Part shown: positions 50,469 to 62,078 of the stretch, one piece after another
Position numbering within the stretch: the first letter of the stretch is position 1
How the letters are laid out: the number at the start of each line of letters is the position of its first letter
Made by a program: the position numbers and the translations under genes
Assembly: GCA_030264375.1 (NCBI GenBank)
Contig: JASCQW010000190.1
Coordinates: 54,822,873-54,884,950 of the forward strand
Source of the DNA: Carcharhinus longimanus
Lineage: Eukaryota
Reading direction: 5' to 3'
DNA length: 62,078 bases
The notes under the pieces: generated by a model
Seen by the model: the letters and a program-made list of their open reading frames with translations, nothing else
Database searches by the model: none
What the model was told of the DNA's origin: nothing

Positions 50469-50995
50469 CTGCCTACAGATGTTGGGCTGACTTAATGTTT
50501 GGATATTTCCATGGAACTGTGCAAATGTGTCCAGGCAATTGGTGCCTTTTATGACCTGAATCCAAAGACTTGTTTCTTAGTATTAAAATTGTCCTGTAGC
50601 TTTATTTAAAAAAAACTCTCAGGTAGGAAGACTATTGGCCACTTCTATAGCCTAAAAAATGGCCGTTTGTGGGTGACTGAAAGGCTTTGGCTGCCTACCT
50701 GCATACATTTTGTTTTCAGGGATTATTTGATATTGAATATCTCATGTTAAGCCCTACACTCTTTTGAATGTAGCCCTACGCTCCATCTGAATGTAAACTA
50801 AATACCTCCTTTTTTGTTTTGTCTTTAAGGTTTAATGTTCTTTGGCTTGATGCACATAATGGTGAACATAGAAGTTAAGGGTTCTTCAGAGTGTTTATTA
50901 GGGGTATTTGTGTAAGGAAGATTTGGGTTGTCATTTGATACCCTGAAGATCAAAGTATATTACCTGGGATAATCAAATTATATTTACTTCGACTG

Positions 50996-51003
50996 CTACC
51001 TCA
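50996..51003 (+). promoter_or_regulatory. let-7 8mer site
   Basis: CTACCTCA in the 3' UTR. Confidence 0.7.
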
Positions 51004-52350
51004 GGTACCTGTATAAAATCAATTTCCTACTGATTTGGTAGGCTGTATTTGGTTTTGGAGGCAGTATTACTTTGTGTTGGAAGTGTGAATTGGTTGNNNN
51101 NNNNNNATCACTTTTTCCTTGGCTCTTGTTGAGCCCTGGTTGGGAATCTGCGGAAAAAATGAGTTTAGGGTGGGGAAAGTCCACTAGTCCTGCTTTGAGT
51201 GTGGTACTGCTTGGATGCACACACGCTGTTACAGATGCCATAAACGGAAAATTAAATGAACATCTAAATTAATTAGATTCTCAATGCTAAGCTTTCTAAA
51301 TGAGGGAATTTTTAATCACCCAAAGCTTCGTTGAAACATAAAGTATTTGGAAGTGATATCTTTATGATAAAAATATCGTAAAATGCACCTGCAAGCTGAC
51401 CAGTTCTTTTACAAACAGGAATTAGGCAACGGGGTTACATTGTCCTGTCCTTTTAAGTAGAAAATAAGTCACTCCTTACAGAGCATTATTGTAATAGTTT
51501 GTGTGTGTCGTGCGCTGGAGCGGTAGTAACACTTGTAAAGACCCGTAAGGACTGGCAATAATTGCTGATTGTAACGGCGCTGTTATGTGAATATTCTGCC
51601 AGGGTTCTGGTTGTACCTAATAGTTAAGGAAATATATATATATTATATATATATGCTGTAGTGGTAGGAACATTGGTAGCATCCATGGATTTTTCCAATT
51701 CTGAATCTTCAATTTTTCCTGTAGCCCAAAAGTGACCAATTAGTTTAGAATTGAGACTACGTCTCTTTAAAACAATTTTAAATTAAGTTTATGCAAATGA
51801 TTTCCTTCACAGCCTTCTCTTAAATACAGATTTTAGAAAAAAACAGTATTTTTACAGTCTAGGAACACAGCATGTAAACGTGACATTTTACAGAAGCCAC
51901 ACTGAATATTTTTGCAAAACAGAAGTGGTTAACAGCCATAAAATTTAACTCTGAGCCAGTTTCAGTACATCTGCTAAGTTACTCCAGTTATCCTGCCTTG
52001 CTAGTCTGGTGATCAGAGTTAAAGGCACGCTCCCATTTCCATTTCACTTAGTCATTTGTCTGCCAGTTATTTGCAGCCATGCTGCAGTCTACAAAAATGA
52101 CACATTCCATCTTTATGCTAAAGTGGACATTACCTTTTAAGATGGAAGGGGGTCCAAACATTTTAAAGCTGTGAAGGTTAGTGATTTTTCAAATGCGACA
52201 GAACTGTTTTCTTCGCATGATCGGGAGACTGGCTTCATTTTCAATCAAAAGTGACATGGTCAGTTATGGAGGCAGGCTTGCCTTTGGAATAACTTATTTA
52301 GACCATATCCCCAAATCAAGGGGTTAAAGAACTAATGAATATAGTTGGAC

Positions 52351-52358
52351 CTACCTCA
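52351..52358 (+). promoter_or_regulatory. let-7 8mer site
   Basis: CTACCTCA preceded by ATATAGTTGGAC, which resembles the context of the 50461 site (ATATAGCAGAC). Confidence 0.72.
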
Positions 52359-53842
52359 ATCCTTTTGTGGTCAGGGTTCAAGTGCAAGAGCTGCTGTTTA
52401 CTTAAAACTTGCATCAGTTTGGCTGTTTTATCATTCCTCTGAATTGGTTGAAACAATGTCTTACTTTTGAATTCTTGGAAGGATGGAAAGCAGAGGCATG
52501 CTAGCCAGTAAAATCATAATAGAAAATCTGTAATGAGGGGTAGCATTAATGTAAATTGAGGTTTGCAGTCCTCGAGTCTGAAAAGGGTGGCTGTTTGTGG
52601 TTAATCTTCAGTAAGATTGGAAAATATTTCAGAATTTGTGTGGAGCTGCGTCCATTTATAAATGTTAGTATCCTACTTTATTATATGCTCCCTAATGGAT
52701 CAATTTAGCTTTCAGGATGAAACTGGCTAATGTGCTGCTTCAGATTGTAACAGTTGGTTGAATATGTCGTGGTTAGATGTTGTAGCATAGAATGGCTTTT
52801 GTTTTACACATTGGGAAATTGTTCATGAGCAGTGGTTAATGATTAACACAAAACTGTTAAGGGGCCCATCAATTTGAAATGCACATTTAAACGCCAGCTT
52901 TTCAAGTATGAAATAGGTTTTGTCTTTAAAATTAAATAAAATCCGACAAAGCCTAATTCTTGTAATTTGAATACTGTGCTCTTTAGCTTTGAGGTTTATG
53001 CAGTTACAGCTTTGGGTGGACTGCATTAGAAATATCTCTTGGAGCCATTTTTTCCCCCTTTTTAGCACAAATTTAAAGATACAAGCACACATTTGTCAGC
53101 CCCGCTTTTGGGGTATTTTTAAAAATAAATATTCAGCCTTTAAAAATCAACTTTTACAAAACAAAGTTGTTTTTGTATTGAGTTCCTTTTGGGATAGCAA
53201 AATTAATAAATCTCCCAATCAAATTGAACCTGTTTAAAACAAAAACATGTCCTTAATCAAAACACTGTTCAAAATATATCTTTTTTGTTGCTATGTTTGA
53301 AGTTATTAGCATGACACAGGAATCACAATTGTCTGCTGGCTAGAATATTGGCTGCTGATGAACTTTGCTAATATAAAACGTGAGATGACCCCTCTGATCA
53401 TGTTGTTTGTAATGAGGTTATCAGCTAAACATTTGGTGGAATGGTTGTTAAAATCATACACTTGTTTTTGAACTAATTTTTTGAACATTCTTTTCACATG
53501 AAATATAGGTGACCCTTTACAGGTGTAAAACTTCAAAGTCCATGGGAGATGATGAAGCCCTTATTTTAAAAATTCACCCATTTTAATCTTTTCTATTTGG
53601 CTTGTGTCTGCTATCCAATTGGTAACTTATTCTCATTTGGTTTTCTCTGCATTTTGAATTGGGTCAGAGTTTGGAGTGTTCAAAACTCTCGTTACTTTCC
53701 AACTTTACAACTGGACAAATCCCCAAAGTCTGTTTTAGCTTGAGTATTCACAAAATTTCATAGTTTTACAAGCAAATGCAAAGAGTTCACTAAAAGTGCT
53801 TAATGGATTATGTTCACAATTCTTAAGTCAGGCACAGTACCT

Positions 53843-54056
53843 TACCTCAAATAACCTCAAGAAAAGATCAACTTGCAGAACCCCAAGAGGCCAATTAATT
53901 CAGAGATTAGGATCTAAATGATACATAATTCTCAGGGAAGTGATCCTACCATCTCTGGAGGGTAATAGGGGTGCAAGATCTGGTTCTGGTGCCTTGTCAG
54001 GTAATGGCTTTCGTCTACCTCGGTGCCTCTTTCTGCGGCAGCTTCAAACTACCTCA
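53843..54056 (+). promoter_or_regulatory. Distal miRNA site cluster: let-7 7mer-A1 (53843), miR-125 8mer (53931), miR-124 7mer-m8 (53989), let-7 7mer-m8 (54015), let-7 8mer (54049)
   Basis: TACCTCA, CTCAGGGA, GTGCCTT, CTACCTC and CTACCTCA within 214 nt. Confidence 0.72.
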
Positions 54057-54548
54057 TGTTGGAACCCAATTGTCTCACCATTGGGTGAATAACTTGCACC
54101 GGGGGCTAATGTGCAGTTTTTTGATATTGGGCTTTTAATGCAACCCATGATTCAGCTGCTGAAAATGGCATTGAACAAAAGTATATGAATGATGATGGTG
54201 TAAAAACGCTCCTGGTTTGTCTCCTCCAGCCACAGTCCCATTCAGCGTGCAATTGGGATCATCACTTTCATTGCATCTGAAGTTAAACTTAAGGGAAAAA
54301 AATCCTTCCACAATCTGAACAGAACTCCTTCTGAACTTCAAATAGGGAATTATCATTGTTTAAAATTAATCATACATAAAAGGCCATACACCCAGGTATT
54401 TTCTGTTAACTTTGTGACATCAAAGGGAAAACTCCGTGACAGATGACTAGCTTTTTGACTAGCCCTGCTCTCTGCTGAATGATACAGTTTTATTAATAGT
54501 TGCATAATTTTATATAGTGGCATCACCAAGCAGGCCAACAAAAAATCT

Positions 54549-54555
54549 CTACCTC
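54549..54555 (+). promoter_or_regulatory. let-7 7mer-m8 site
   Basis: CTACCTC. A Pumilio element TGTACATA lies nearby at 54602-54609. Confidence 0.55.
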
Positions 54556-56022
54556 TTTTGCACACAGATGGATTATGTTATATTTAGATATAATATAGAC
54601 ATGTACATAAAAATGGGATGGTTGATTCACAATTTAATAAACATGCTGGCCCAATAGGTGTTTGTCCTACTGTTCCAAAATTTTTTTGGACTTCCATAAT
54701 TGGAGGTGTGTGGTTGGCAGCAGATGGGTCAGTGTCGGTCAAATTACTGGAGTTTCTCATCAAGGTTATTGAGTTGATGTGGCATTCTTTTTGTTTTCCT
54801 TTTTCTGCTTGTCAAATGCAGTTTACTCCAGAAGTGGGGGGAGTGGGGCTGTTATTCACTGGGAAAAAGGTGGCAGTGCCATACTTGGGGGCAGGGGAGG
54901 AGTTGGTGGTAAGGTTGGCTTCAGAAGCAGTTGGATTATATAGCCAGTTTGCTGCTTCATTCATGTGCATGCTTGCAAAATAGAAAATGGTGATTTAGGC
55001 ACTTGGAGTTGATTTTCTAAACTTGCCAGCAGATTCAAGTGGAGTCTTGCAGGGTTTGTTTGACCAATTACAAACCAGTGCAGTTTATTCAAAGCCTAAT
55101 GATAAATTTAATAACCCGTTTAACACACCAAATAGTTGGACATTGTTAAAATGTAGACAAAGGAGTTGTTGGCTTTTTTCATTGACAAAATGTGATCCCA
55201 GCTGATAGTGGGAACACCTGATTTGCTGTTTGTTTAAACAAATTGTTTTTGTGAACTGATTTTATGAAGTGCTTAAGTTGTTTTTTTTTATATTGTGAAA
55301 CTGGGTTTCAAACCACTAGTTAAGCAGACTTTATTCAAAATTTATTCTTGAGAATTTAAGTGTCTGGTCCAAGATCCAGAAATCCTGGCTGAGAAAACGT
55401 AATATATAGCTTAAAGAAATTTTCGCTGTTTTCTAAAAACGGTGAAACCAAGTTCTGGGCTCAAATTATTTTAGAGGCAGAGCTGCAGTAAAATCAGAAG
55501 TTCTATTGAGTTGTATAAGAAGTGATTTTGCTTATTGCCTCTGTTTATCTTTTTCTAATTTTAACTTTGTAGTCTGTGTTCTAGATTAAGGGGATAGCAT
55601 TAAAATGTCTGGTGCAAGTGGTCAAAGGCCCTTTTCTCAAACTTAGACAAGTGCCTCAAAATGACGGAGCCTATTTCTGTATTTAAAAATGTCCGAGCAG
55701 TATTGTTTAAGTTACTGTTGTACAACAACCCAGCATTTAATGTTCATCGGTGGTTACCACTGCTTAAAGGAGAGGGGAAATTGGGGTCCTAGACTACCAG
55801 AAAAGTGTTTGTTTTAAAAGAAAGTTCCTCTTGGGACTTGTCTTTACAGTAAGGTGACGGGTAATTTTTTTTGTTTCACCCTTTTGTATAATTTCCCTCT
55901 AATTGTAAGATCCAGCCTCTGCACCAAAGAATGAGGTTTACTGACCTGGAACACTTCTTATTCCTGTGTGTTTGAAAGCCTAAAAATTGATGTTTGTGCA
56001 ATTTTTATCTGGATGAAAGTTC

Positions 56023-56028
56023 AATAAA
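56023..56028 (+). terminator. Likely distal polyadenylation signal
   Basis: AATAAA followed by T/GT-rich sequence (ttgtgccatttttttt...gttgtgtt). It sits near the end of the repeat-free block. Confidence 0.55.
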
Positions 56029-56707
56029 ATTTGTTTACAATTGATGAACTCTTGTGCCATTTTTTTTGAAAGTTGTGTTAAATCCATGCACGATGTACAA
56101 CAAAAGCTTCAGAATTACCATGTGGTATTATGGATGGAAATGAGCAGAGACCCAAATTTCATGTAAATCACAGCATATCTGAATTAAGAGTTTGATCTTG
56201 AGTAAATTGAAGTCCTGTGCTTTCAATTCCTGCAGTATGTTCTTACAGGAGATGAAAGTTGGTTTAAAAACATGTGATTTCACACTCGTATTCTAATTTT
56301 GTTACTGTGTAAGTCCTAATTTGGTTATAATATTGGGAGCAATTATAAAGGGATCATAATTTCTTAATCAGTGGACCCCAGCTGATTAAAACCGCTAATC
56401 TGTGTTTTGTGTGGATGTTGCACTTATTCTTAATTGGCTCATGTATTGGAGCTTACCCGACAGCAAATGGATATGAGCTATCAAAAATTAGCAAATGGTC
56501 CTTATAAAGTGTTCATGTTTAAAACATGTATGGACTATTCAGAAATGTTAACCTAGGACTTGGGTAATGTTTCATGATCTCCAGGTTCTTGTAGCTCCAA
56601 GTAGCAGGGCTGCTAGAGTAGACCAGTGTCGCTATACATTGTACCCTTGGACCAAAACAATGCGGCAGTGCCAGTGAAATATAATGTGTAGAATCCAACT
56701 TAAATTG

Positions 56708-57080
56708 ACAGTGTAGTGGTCATTGCTAGTGAATTAGTAATCCAGAGGCCTGCACTAATTCAGGAAATGAGTGCTTAAATCCCACCATAGAAGTTTGAGA
56801 ATTTGAATTTCAGTTTTGCTAGAATCAACTTCAAGTGCAGTTGAGAATGACCAATAAATGTTGGTCTAACATAACATGTCTGAAGTTGCTGGACTGTTGT
56901 AAAACTCCTAGGTCACAAATGGCCTTTATGAAAGGAAATCTTCCATCCTTACTGTGAATGCACATCTTGACTCGGACCCATAGCAATGTCGTTAACCTTT
57001 CATTCTCCTCTGAACTGGCCTAGCAAGTTAATGAAGGCCCACCAGCTTGGGAGATAGATGTGTCCAATAAATGCTGGTGG
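56708..57080 (+). mobile_element. tRNA-derived SINE, family distinct from HE1 (related pieces near 16470-16642 minus and 60104-60160 plus)
   Basis: gtgtagtggt...tagtaatccagag...aaatcccaccat...aatttgaatt...aaggaaatcttccatccttac...caataaatgctgg. Confidence 0.6.
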
Positions 57081-57661
57081 TAGCTGTGTGCTGTAGTGAA
57101 CAGGCTTATAGGAACTTTGACTTACTATGGCATTACAAAAGTAGGATCTTTTTAAAGCTGCATCTGGGTATTCTAATGACATGTTGCTTCACTTTGGATA
57201 CTGTTCAGTGCAGTGCTTCTGGCATTATAAAGTACTTCAGTCATCCCTTCTCTTGAAGTTTTGTAAGCTTCCATTTTATAGTCTTTGTCCCTTTCTCAGT
57301 AAGCCTGTGCCGTTTTTACCATTTATGCTGGCTCCCAACAAGAAGTTAGTGAAGAACCAGTGGCAAATAAGTGTTCTGGATTTTTGGGGTGGTCACCTAC
57401 GTTTCACTGCATTTGTAATGAGCAGAGAATTGGAAGGCAACAAAATGTAGCTCAGCTGCTAAATGACATTGGCAGTAAAAGTGGAACTGAGCCTCTGAAC
57501 CATGCAATTCCCCATGTGTCTCAGGATGGAGGTCAGCAGATTTGTTTGCCCAGGGCATGGAATCAAGTTGTAGTAACCTTCCATTCGCTCCTTATCCTGT
57601 GAAATGTCACAGGTAGCATACCATTTCTCTGCATACTGTACCTGATACTGTCAGAAGTTCA

Positions 57662-57712
57662 TACCCTGGATGGTTTAGATCTCTACCCTGGATGGTTTAG
57701 ATCCCTGCCCTG
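57662..57712. repeat. 22-bp tandem duplication plus a partial third unit
   Basis: taccctggatggtttagatctc / taccctggatggtttagatccc / tgccctg. Confidence 0.85.
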
Positions 57713-58764
57713 CCAGTGATTATGTCCTGTAGCATATCAAAATTTGAGTTACAGGGATGAAGACAAAACTGTACTTACAACTTCACCTAGTAAGTACTCA
57801 GACTGGTGTGAGGTTTGATGTCTGCTTGGACATATTGACAAAAGTTCATAGCGCACATTAATTACAATAGCATTCATTTACAAAATCACAGTAAATTATG
57901 CCCTTGTAGCCTCAGGTATCTTTCCCAAGTGATGAAAAATACTGAACAAATAAGTGTTTTGGGTTCAAATTCAATAATTGGAACCATGGTTATTGCAATC
58001 CAAGATTCTGGCTGGAATTCTCCAGCATTGCACACCCACCCATGGGGTGACGATGGGAATTCCTATTTACAGTGGCGGCACCAGAGAATTCCACCACTAG
58101 CAATGTGCCACCTCCTGTTTCCAGGAAACAGCTGGGAGGTCTAACTTTTTTAAAAATGTCTTATTGCACAAACTGCCCAGTCAAAATAATTCACTTCAAA
58201 ATTTTTAACTAGATGTATATTACAAATTTGCTAGTTTTAGATGCACGGTCTTGAAATGAACGTTCACATTGTTAAGCAATTACATAGGTTGCATATGTAC
58301 TGAAAAGTGTGAAATAAATGATATTCGCAAGATGTGAACCCAAGGAAGTTGATTTAACAACCAAAATATGAATGTGGTTTCAGCACAAGATGGTTGTTTG
58401 ACGCATTCAGGTCCTGGCTCTGCGAGAGCAATTTAGCCAATCCTGTTCCCCCTTTGCCTTCCCCTATTACCTCAGTGAGGTACTTATCCAATTGCCTGTT
58501 GAAAGCCACAATTAAAAGTGCCTTCACTCTATCAGGCAGTGTCATCAAGATCATTGTCACTTGTGTGTGTAAAAAAAAAAAATTCCTTCACATTGGTTCT
58601 TTTGCCAAAGACAATCACTTTAAATCACTGATACCTGGTCATGATGTTTCAGCTGAGGGAACAGTTTCTATCTAGAAATCTCGTGATTTTGGATTTATCA
58701 AATTTCCTCTGAATTTTCTCTGAAGAGAGAAACCCCTCCTCCATGCTAATAACACAGCTAAAGT

Positions 58765-59425
58765 TTAGTTGTGCAGAACTTGAGTATTGCTGGAAAAAAA
58801 AATGCTATCAGGATAGCTTGCAAGAAATACCAGCTGTGTAGGGAGCAACATTTGTACTGCGTGAGAGGAGAGTGCTAATTGGTTGGCAGCTGAACTCTGG
58901 TAAAGGCATTGCTATGGAGAATGCAGCAGAGTTAACTGCCAAACATTTTTTAAATTCAAACCAGGTAGGTTGGTCAAAACCTTCCACAGAACCAGGGAAT
59001 GGCTAACCCCAAGCTTTTGTTAGTTGAAGGTACAGTGTGAAAACATGCTCCTCAGCCTGCAAAGGATAGTCTTGTGTATGTAGCTTCTAGCATGCAAAAG
59101 TACATACTTGTGAGCCCAACTGATGATCATTCAGCCTATCGCACAAATAAATGAATAATGTTATGAATTTCAGTGCCTATGTAATGCTGTAAAGACAGGC
59201 TGTACATCCCAACAACTGGTGAATCACATCAAAACACAAGTTGCTTCGGCAGTTTATAACAGGCAGGGTACCAACTGTACGTCAGTCACGATTACAGTAG
59301 GCTGACTTCCACTTGTAGTAGCCACAGTGTAATTTGTTTTTCAAACAACTGATATTTCTTGCAAGCTGTTCTGATGAATTCCAAAATGAGAAGCTTTCAT
59401 GGCATGCCTTTTTTCAGCAACAGCT
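58765..59425 (+). mobile_element. Penelope-like remnant with inverted termini and a GIY-YIG fragment, inserted in a minus-strand CR1
   Basis: Termini atcaggatagcttgcaagaaatac / gatatttcttgcaagctgttctgat. Interior YEFQCLCNA..GCTSQQLVNHIK resembles the GIY-YIG N-terminal motif. Confidence 0.6.
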
Positions 59426-60344
59426 AAAGTTCCTCATCTCTGGAATAATTTTTGTGCATCTTTTCTGAACCTTCTCTTAAACGTTTCATCCTTCCTAAAA
59501 GGCCCTTAAATGGACACACTGCTTCAATTTGAAGACAAACTAGTGTTTTATAAAAGTTCAACGTAATTTTCTTGCTTTTCTGTTGGTTGTGTGTAAAGGT
59601 CAGAAGCTCATGTGCCTTATTAACTGCTTTCTCAATGATTTGCGTTCATGCACCTAAGGTCAGTCTGTTCCTGCAGCTCCTTGAATTGTCTTATTATTGC
59701 ATGTCAAGTATGGCCTTACCAATGTACAAGTTCAATACATCCCCTGTTCTTATCATAGAACATAGAACACTACAGCACAAACAGGCCCTTCGGCCCACGA
59801 GTTGCGCCGAACACATCAACACCTACCAATCTATAGACCTATCCCATTAAACCCCATATACTCATCCAGAAGTCTTTTAAAAGACCCCAGCAAGTTCGCC
59901 TCAAAATGTAGCACTTCACATTCTTCTGCTGTTACGTCGTGTAATTCTACCACTCTGTCCTCTTGAATTTTAACACCTGGATTATCCTTGTGCATTTTTG
60001 TGAATAAGAGCGTAACACTTCAAATTCTCCAACTGTCTTGCACCACTCCAATGTTGACATAGGAGATTATGGTCTGTACCTTTACAATTTCTACCCTTAA
60101 CCTGGGGAGGCTGTGGCGTAGTATTATTATTACTAGACTAGTAATCCGGAGACCCACGGTTTGCTTAGATTAACCAGACTGCGTGCATTTTTGGTGCACA
60201 ACTGACCCAGAGCTGAGCTCCTGTCACACATCTGTCATGACCATGTTTCCACCTCTGCTGCTTTGCCTGACTTAGTCCACATCTCAGCTTATCTGCTGCT
60301 GCAACGTCAGATATGATTTCCAATGCACTTCAACTAATGTCCCA

Positions 60345-61830
60345 TCTTCCACAATCAAAACACAAAATGCTCAAATACTCCAGGTCAGGTATTAGCTGTG
60401 GAGATGTGTCAAGTCAACAATCCTTCATCGTAACTGAGGAAAGATAGAAATTTAATAAGCTCACTTAGTTGAGTGAAGAAAGAACAAAAGGTTTGTGATC
60501 AAGTAGAGGCTAGGTGAGGTTAAGTGACCAAAGGCCAATCAAGGTGGCAATAGAAAGAATAAAAAAAGGCAAAGATAAGAACGTGCCCAGATAAAGTGTG
60601 CATAGCAGGCTAGCTAACATCTGAATGCAATGTGAAGGAATAAAGAAATGTGAAAAAATTGAACTGGCAAAATGAATGGAGACTGAGATTATGAATAAGT
60701 CATGAGTTCAAACTGGAAGTGTTGTCAAGCTTGCATTGAGCTTCACTGGAAAACAGTCTGTGGACAGAAATGTCAAGAGTGAGAGCTAAGTGGTGAATTG
60801 AAATTAGCCACAAGAAGTTCAGGGCCACTCTTGTAAACTAAACTGAAATGTTCTATCATCCAGTCTGCATTTGGTTTCACCAATATAGAAGAAACCGAAT
60901 CAGAAGCAGCAAATACAGCCTGCTATCTTAAAAGAAGTACAAGTAAATCATGGATTCGCTTGAGGGTAGAAGGTAAGAAGAGAGGTGGTGAAAGGACAGG
61001 TGTTGCATTTCCTGTGCCTGTGTGAGAAGGTGCTGTGGTTAGGGGTGCCTGAGGAGGGGGACCAAGGTGGTGCAGAGGGAATGATCTCTTCAAATGCTGA
61101 AAGAGGGCAGGGGGAGATGTGCTAAAATGATGGATGGTGATCTGTTCACCATGGAGGTTGATGGGATGAAAGGTGAGGACAAGGGGAACCCTATTGTGAT
61201 TCATGGAGGGGGGGGGGGTGCGTGGGGAGCGCAGAAGGAACGGGGTGAGTAGATCTGACACAGTCAAAGGCTTGTCAACCATGGTGGCAGTGGTTCAGGC
61301 AAAAAAAACTCAAAACACTAATGTGAAACACAGAATCTTCTAAACAGATGCAATAAAGACTGAGAAATTGGGGGTGGGGAATGGAGTAGAGACTTTCATA
61401 GAAATGGGACATAAGTGCATTTAGTCAGTGGACTTTCCATGAGTATTAGTTGGCATCTGATACCCAAAAATGGAAACAAAAGTCCAGGCAGAGTCAGAGA
61501 TGGTCCCTTGAAGGTGAGAAAAGGGTGGAATTGGAAACTCCCACAAAATTTTCTAGTTCATAAAATCAAGAAGTTGCATCAATGTATCAAAAGGTACATT
61601 TGAGGGAGGGAGGATGCTGGAGTAGAACTAGAATAAGAAGTGTTCCACATAGCTCACCAAAGGACAAGCTAAGAACCAACCAAATACCCATTTATTTGAA
61701 CTGAGTGGAGATGAAGGAGAAATAGTTTGTGCAAATACATTCAGCCAGGAGGAGGAGAATGCTGGTGGATGGGGATAGTTTGGGAAGCTGCAAACCTTCA
61801 CCTGCCCTGGTGGGGAATGGAGGTCGTGAC
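60345..61830 (-). mobile_element. Decayed Penelope-like retroelement (RT C-terminus, linker, Zn motif, GIY-YIG, terminal repeat)
   Basis: NRVPLVLTFHP linker (ORF 60923..61282), RKCNTCPFT Cys motif, YIGETKCRLDDR near 60855-60888. The terminus resembles the short aaatgctggaaa..ctcagcaggtc family. Confidence 0.75.
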
Positions 61831-61912
61831 GTGAAGATGTCAGTGTTGGACTGGGGTAAACTCAGTAAAAAGTCTCTCAACACTGGGTTAAAATCCAACC
61901 GGTTTATTTAAA
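61825..61912 (-). mobile_element. Terminal fragment of the same Penelope-derived family as 46971-47185
   Basis: gttggactggggtaaac...tcaacactgggttaaaatccaaccggtttattt. Confidence 0.65.
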
Positions 61913-62078
61913 TGGAGGTGTCGAGGAAGTGGACATTCGTGGCAAAGGGGAGACAGGGCCAGGAAAATAGAAATTGTTGAAATGACATAGAGCATTACAA
62001 ATCGCAAAAACCCAGTCTGCAGGTGATCAAGAAGGCGAATGGAATGTTGGCCTTTATAGCGAGGGGGATAGAATATAA

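Larger units (their letters stand above)
50288..56050 (+). other. TRIM71: TRIM71 3' UTR (about 5.7 kb, 3' end inferred)
   Basis: Follows the stop codon. No recognisable repeats until about 56700, unlike the introns. Dense let-7/miR-125 seed matches. Ends near AATAAA at 56023 with U/GU-rich sequence downstream. Confidence 0.7.

Overview
Eukaryotic vertebrate genomic DNA, very likely from a shark or other elasmobranch, judging by its HE1/V-SINE, CR1 and Penelope-like repeats. It is a draft assembly with seven N-gaps. The window holds one gene on the + strand, TRIM71 (lin-41), with RING, two B-boxes, coiled coil, filamin and six NHL repeats. It has four coding exons (<2875-3685, 27104-27271, 43925-44059, 48836-50287), three phase-0 GT-AG introns (about 23.4, 16.7 and 4.8 kb) and a repeat-free 3' UTR of about 5.7 kb. 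The UTR carries a dense heterochronic miRNA code: five let-7 8mers, three let-7 7mers and two miR-125/lin-4 8mers, most of them in a proximal and a distal module, with alternative AATAAA signals in between. The introns and flanks are full of decayed retroelements. Three Penelope-like families leave palindromic termini with degenerate minimal hammerhead-ribozyme cores. Other points of interest: three local duplications of about 100 bp (two inverted, one direct), a CpG-rich 34-bp minisatellite just after exon 1, a divergent TRIM71 N-terminus and RING, candidate recursive-splice and cryptic (poison or micro) exon signals, and two young CR1 copies collapsed into gaps. No prokaryotic features or CRISPR. 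All calls were made by eye, without alignment tools.
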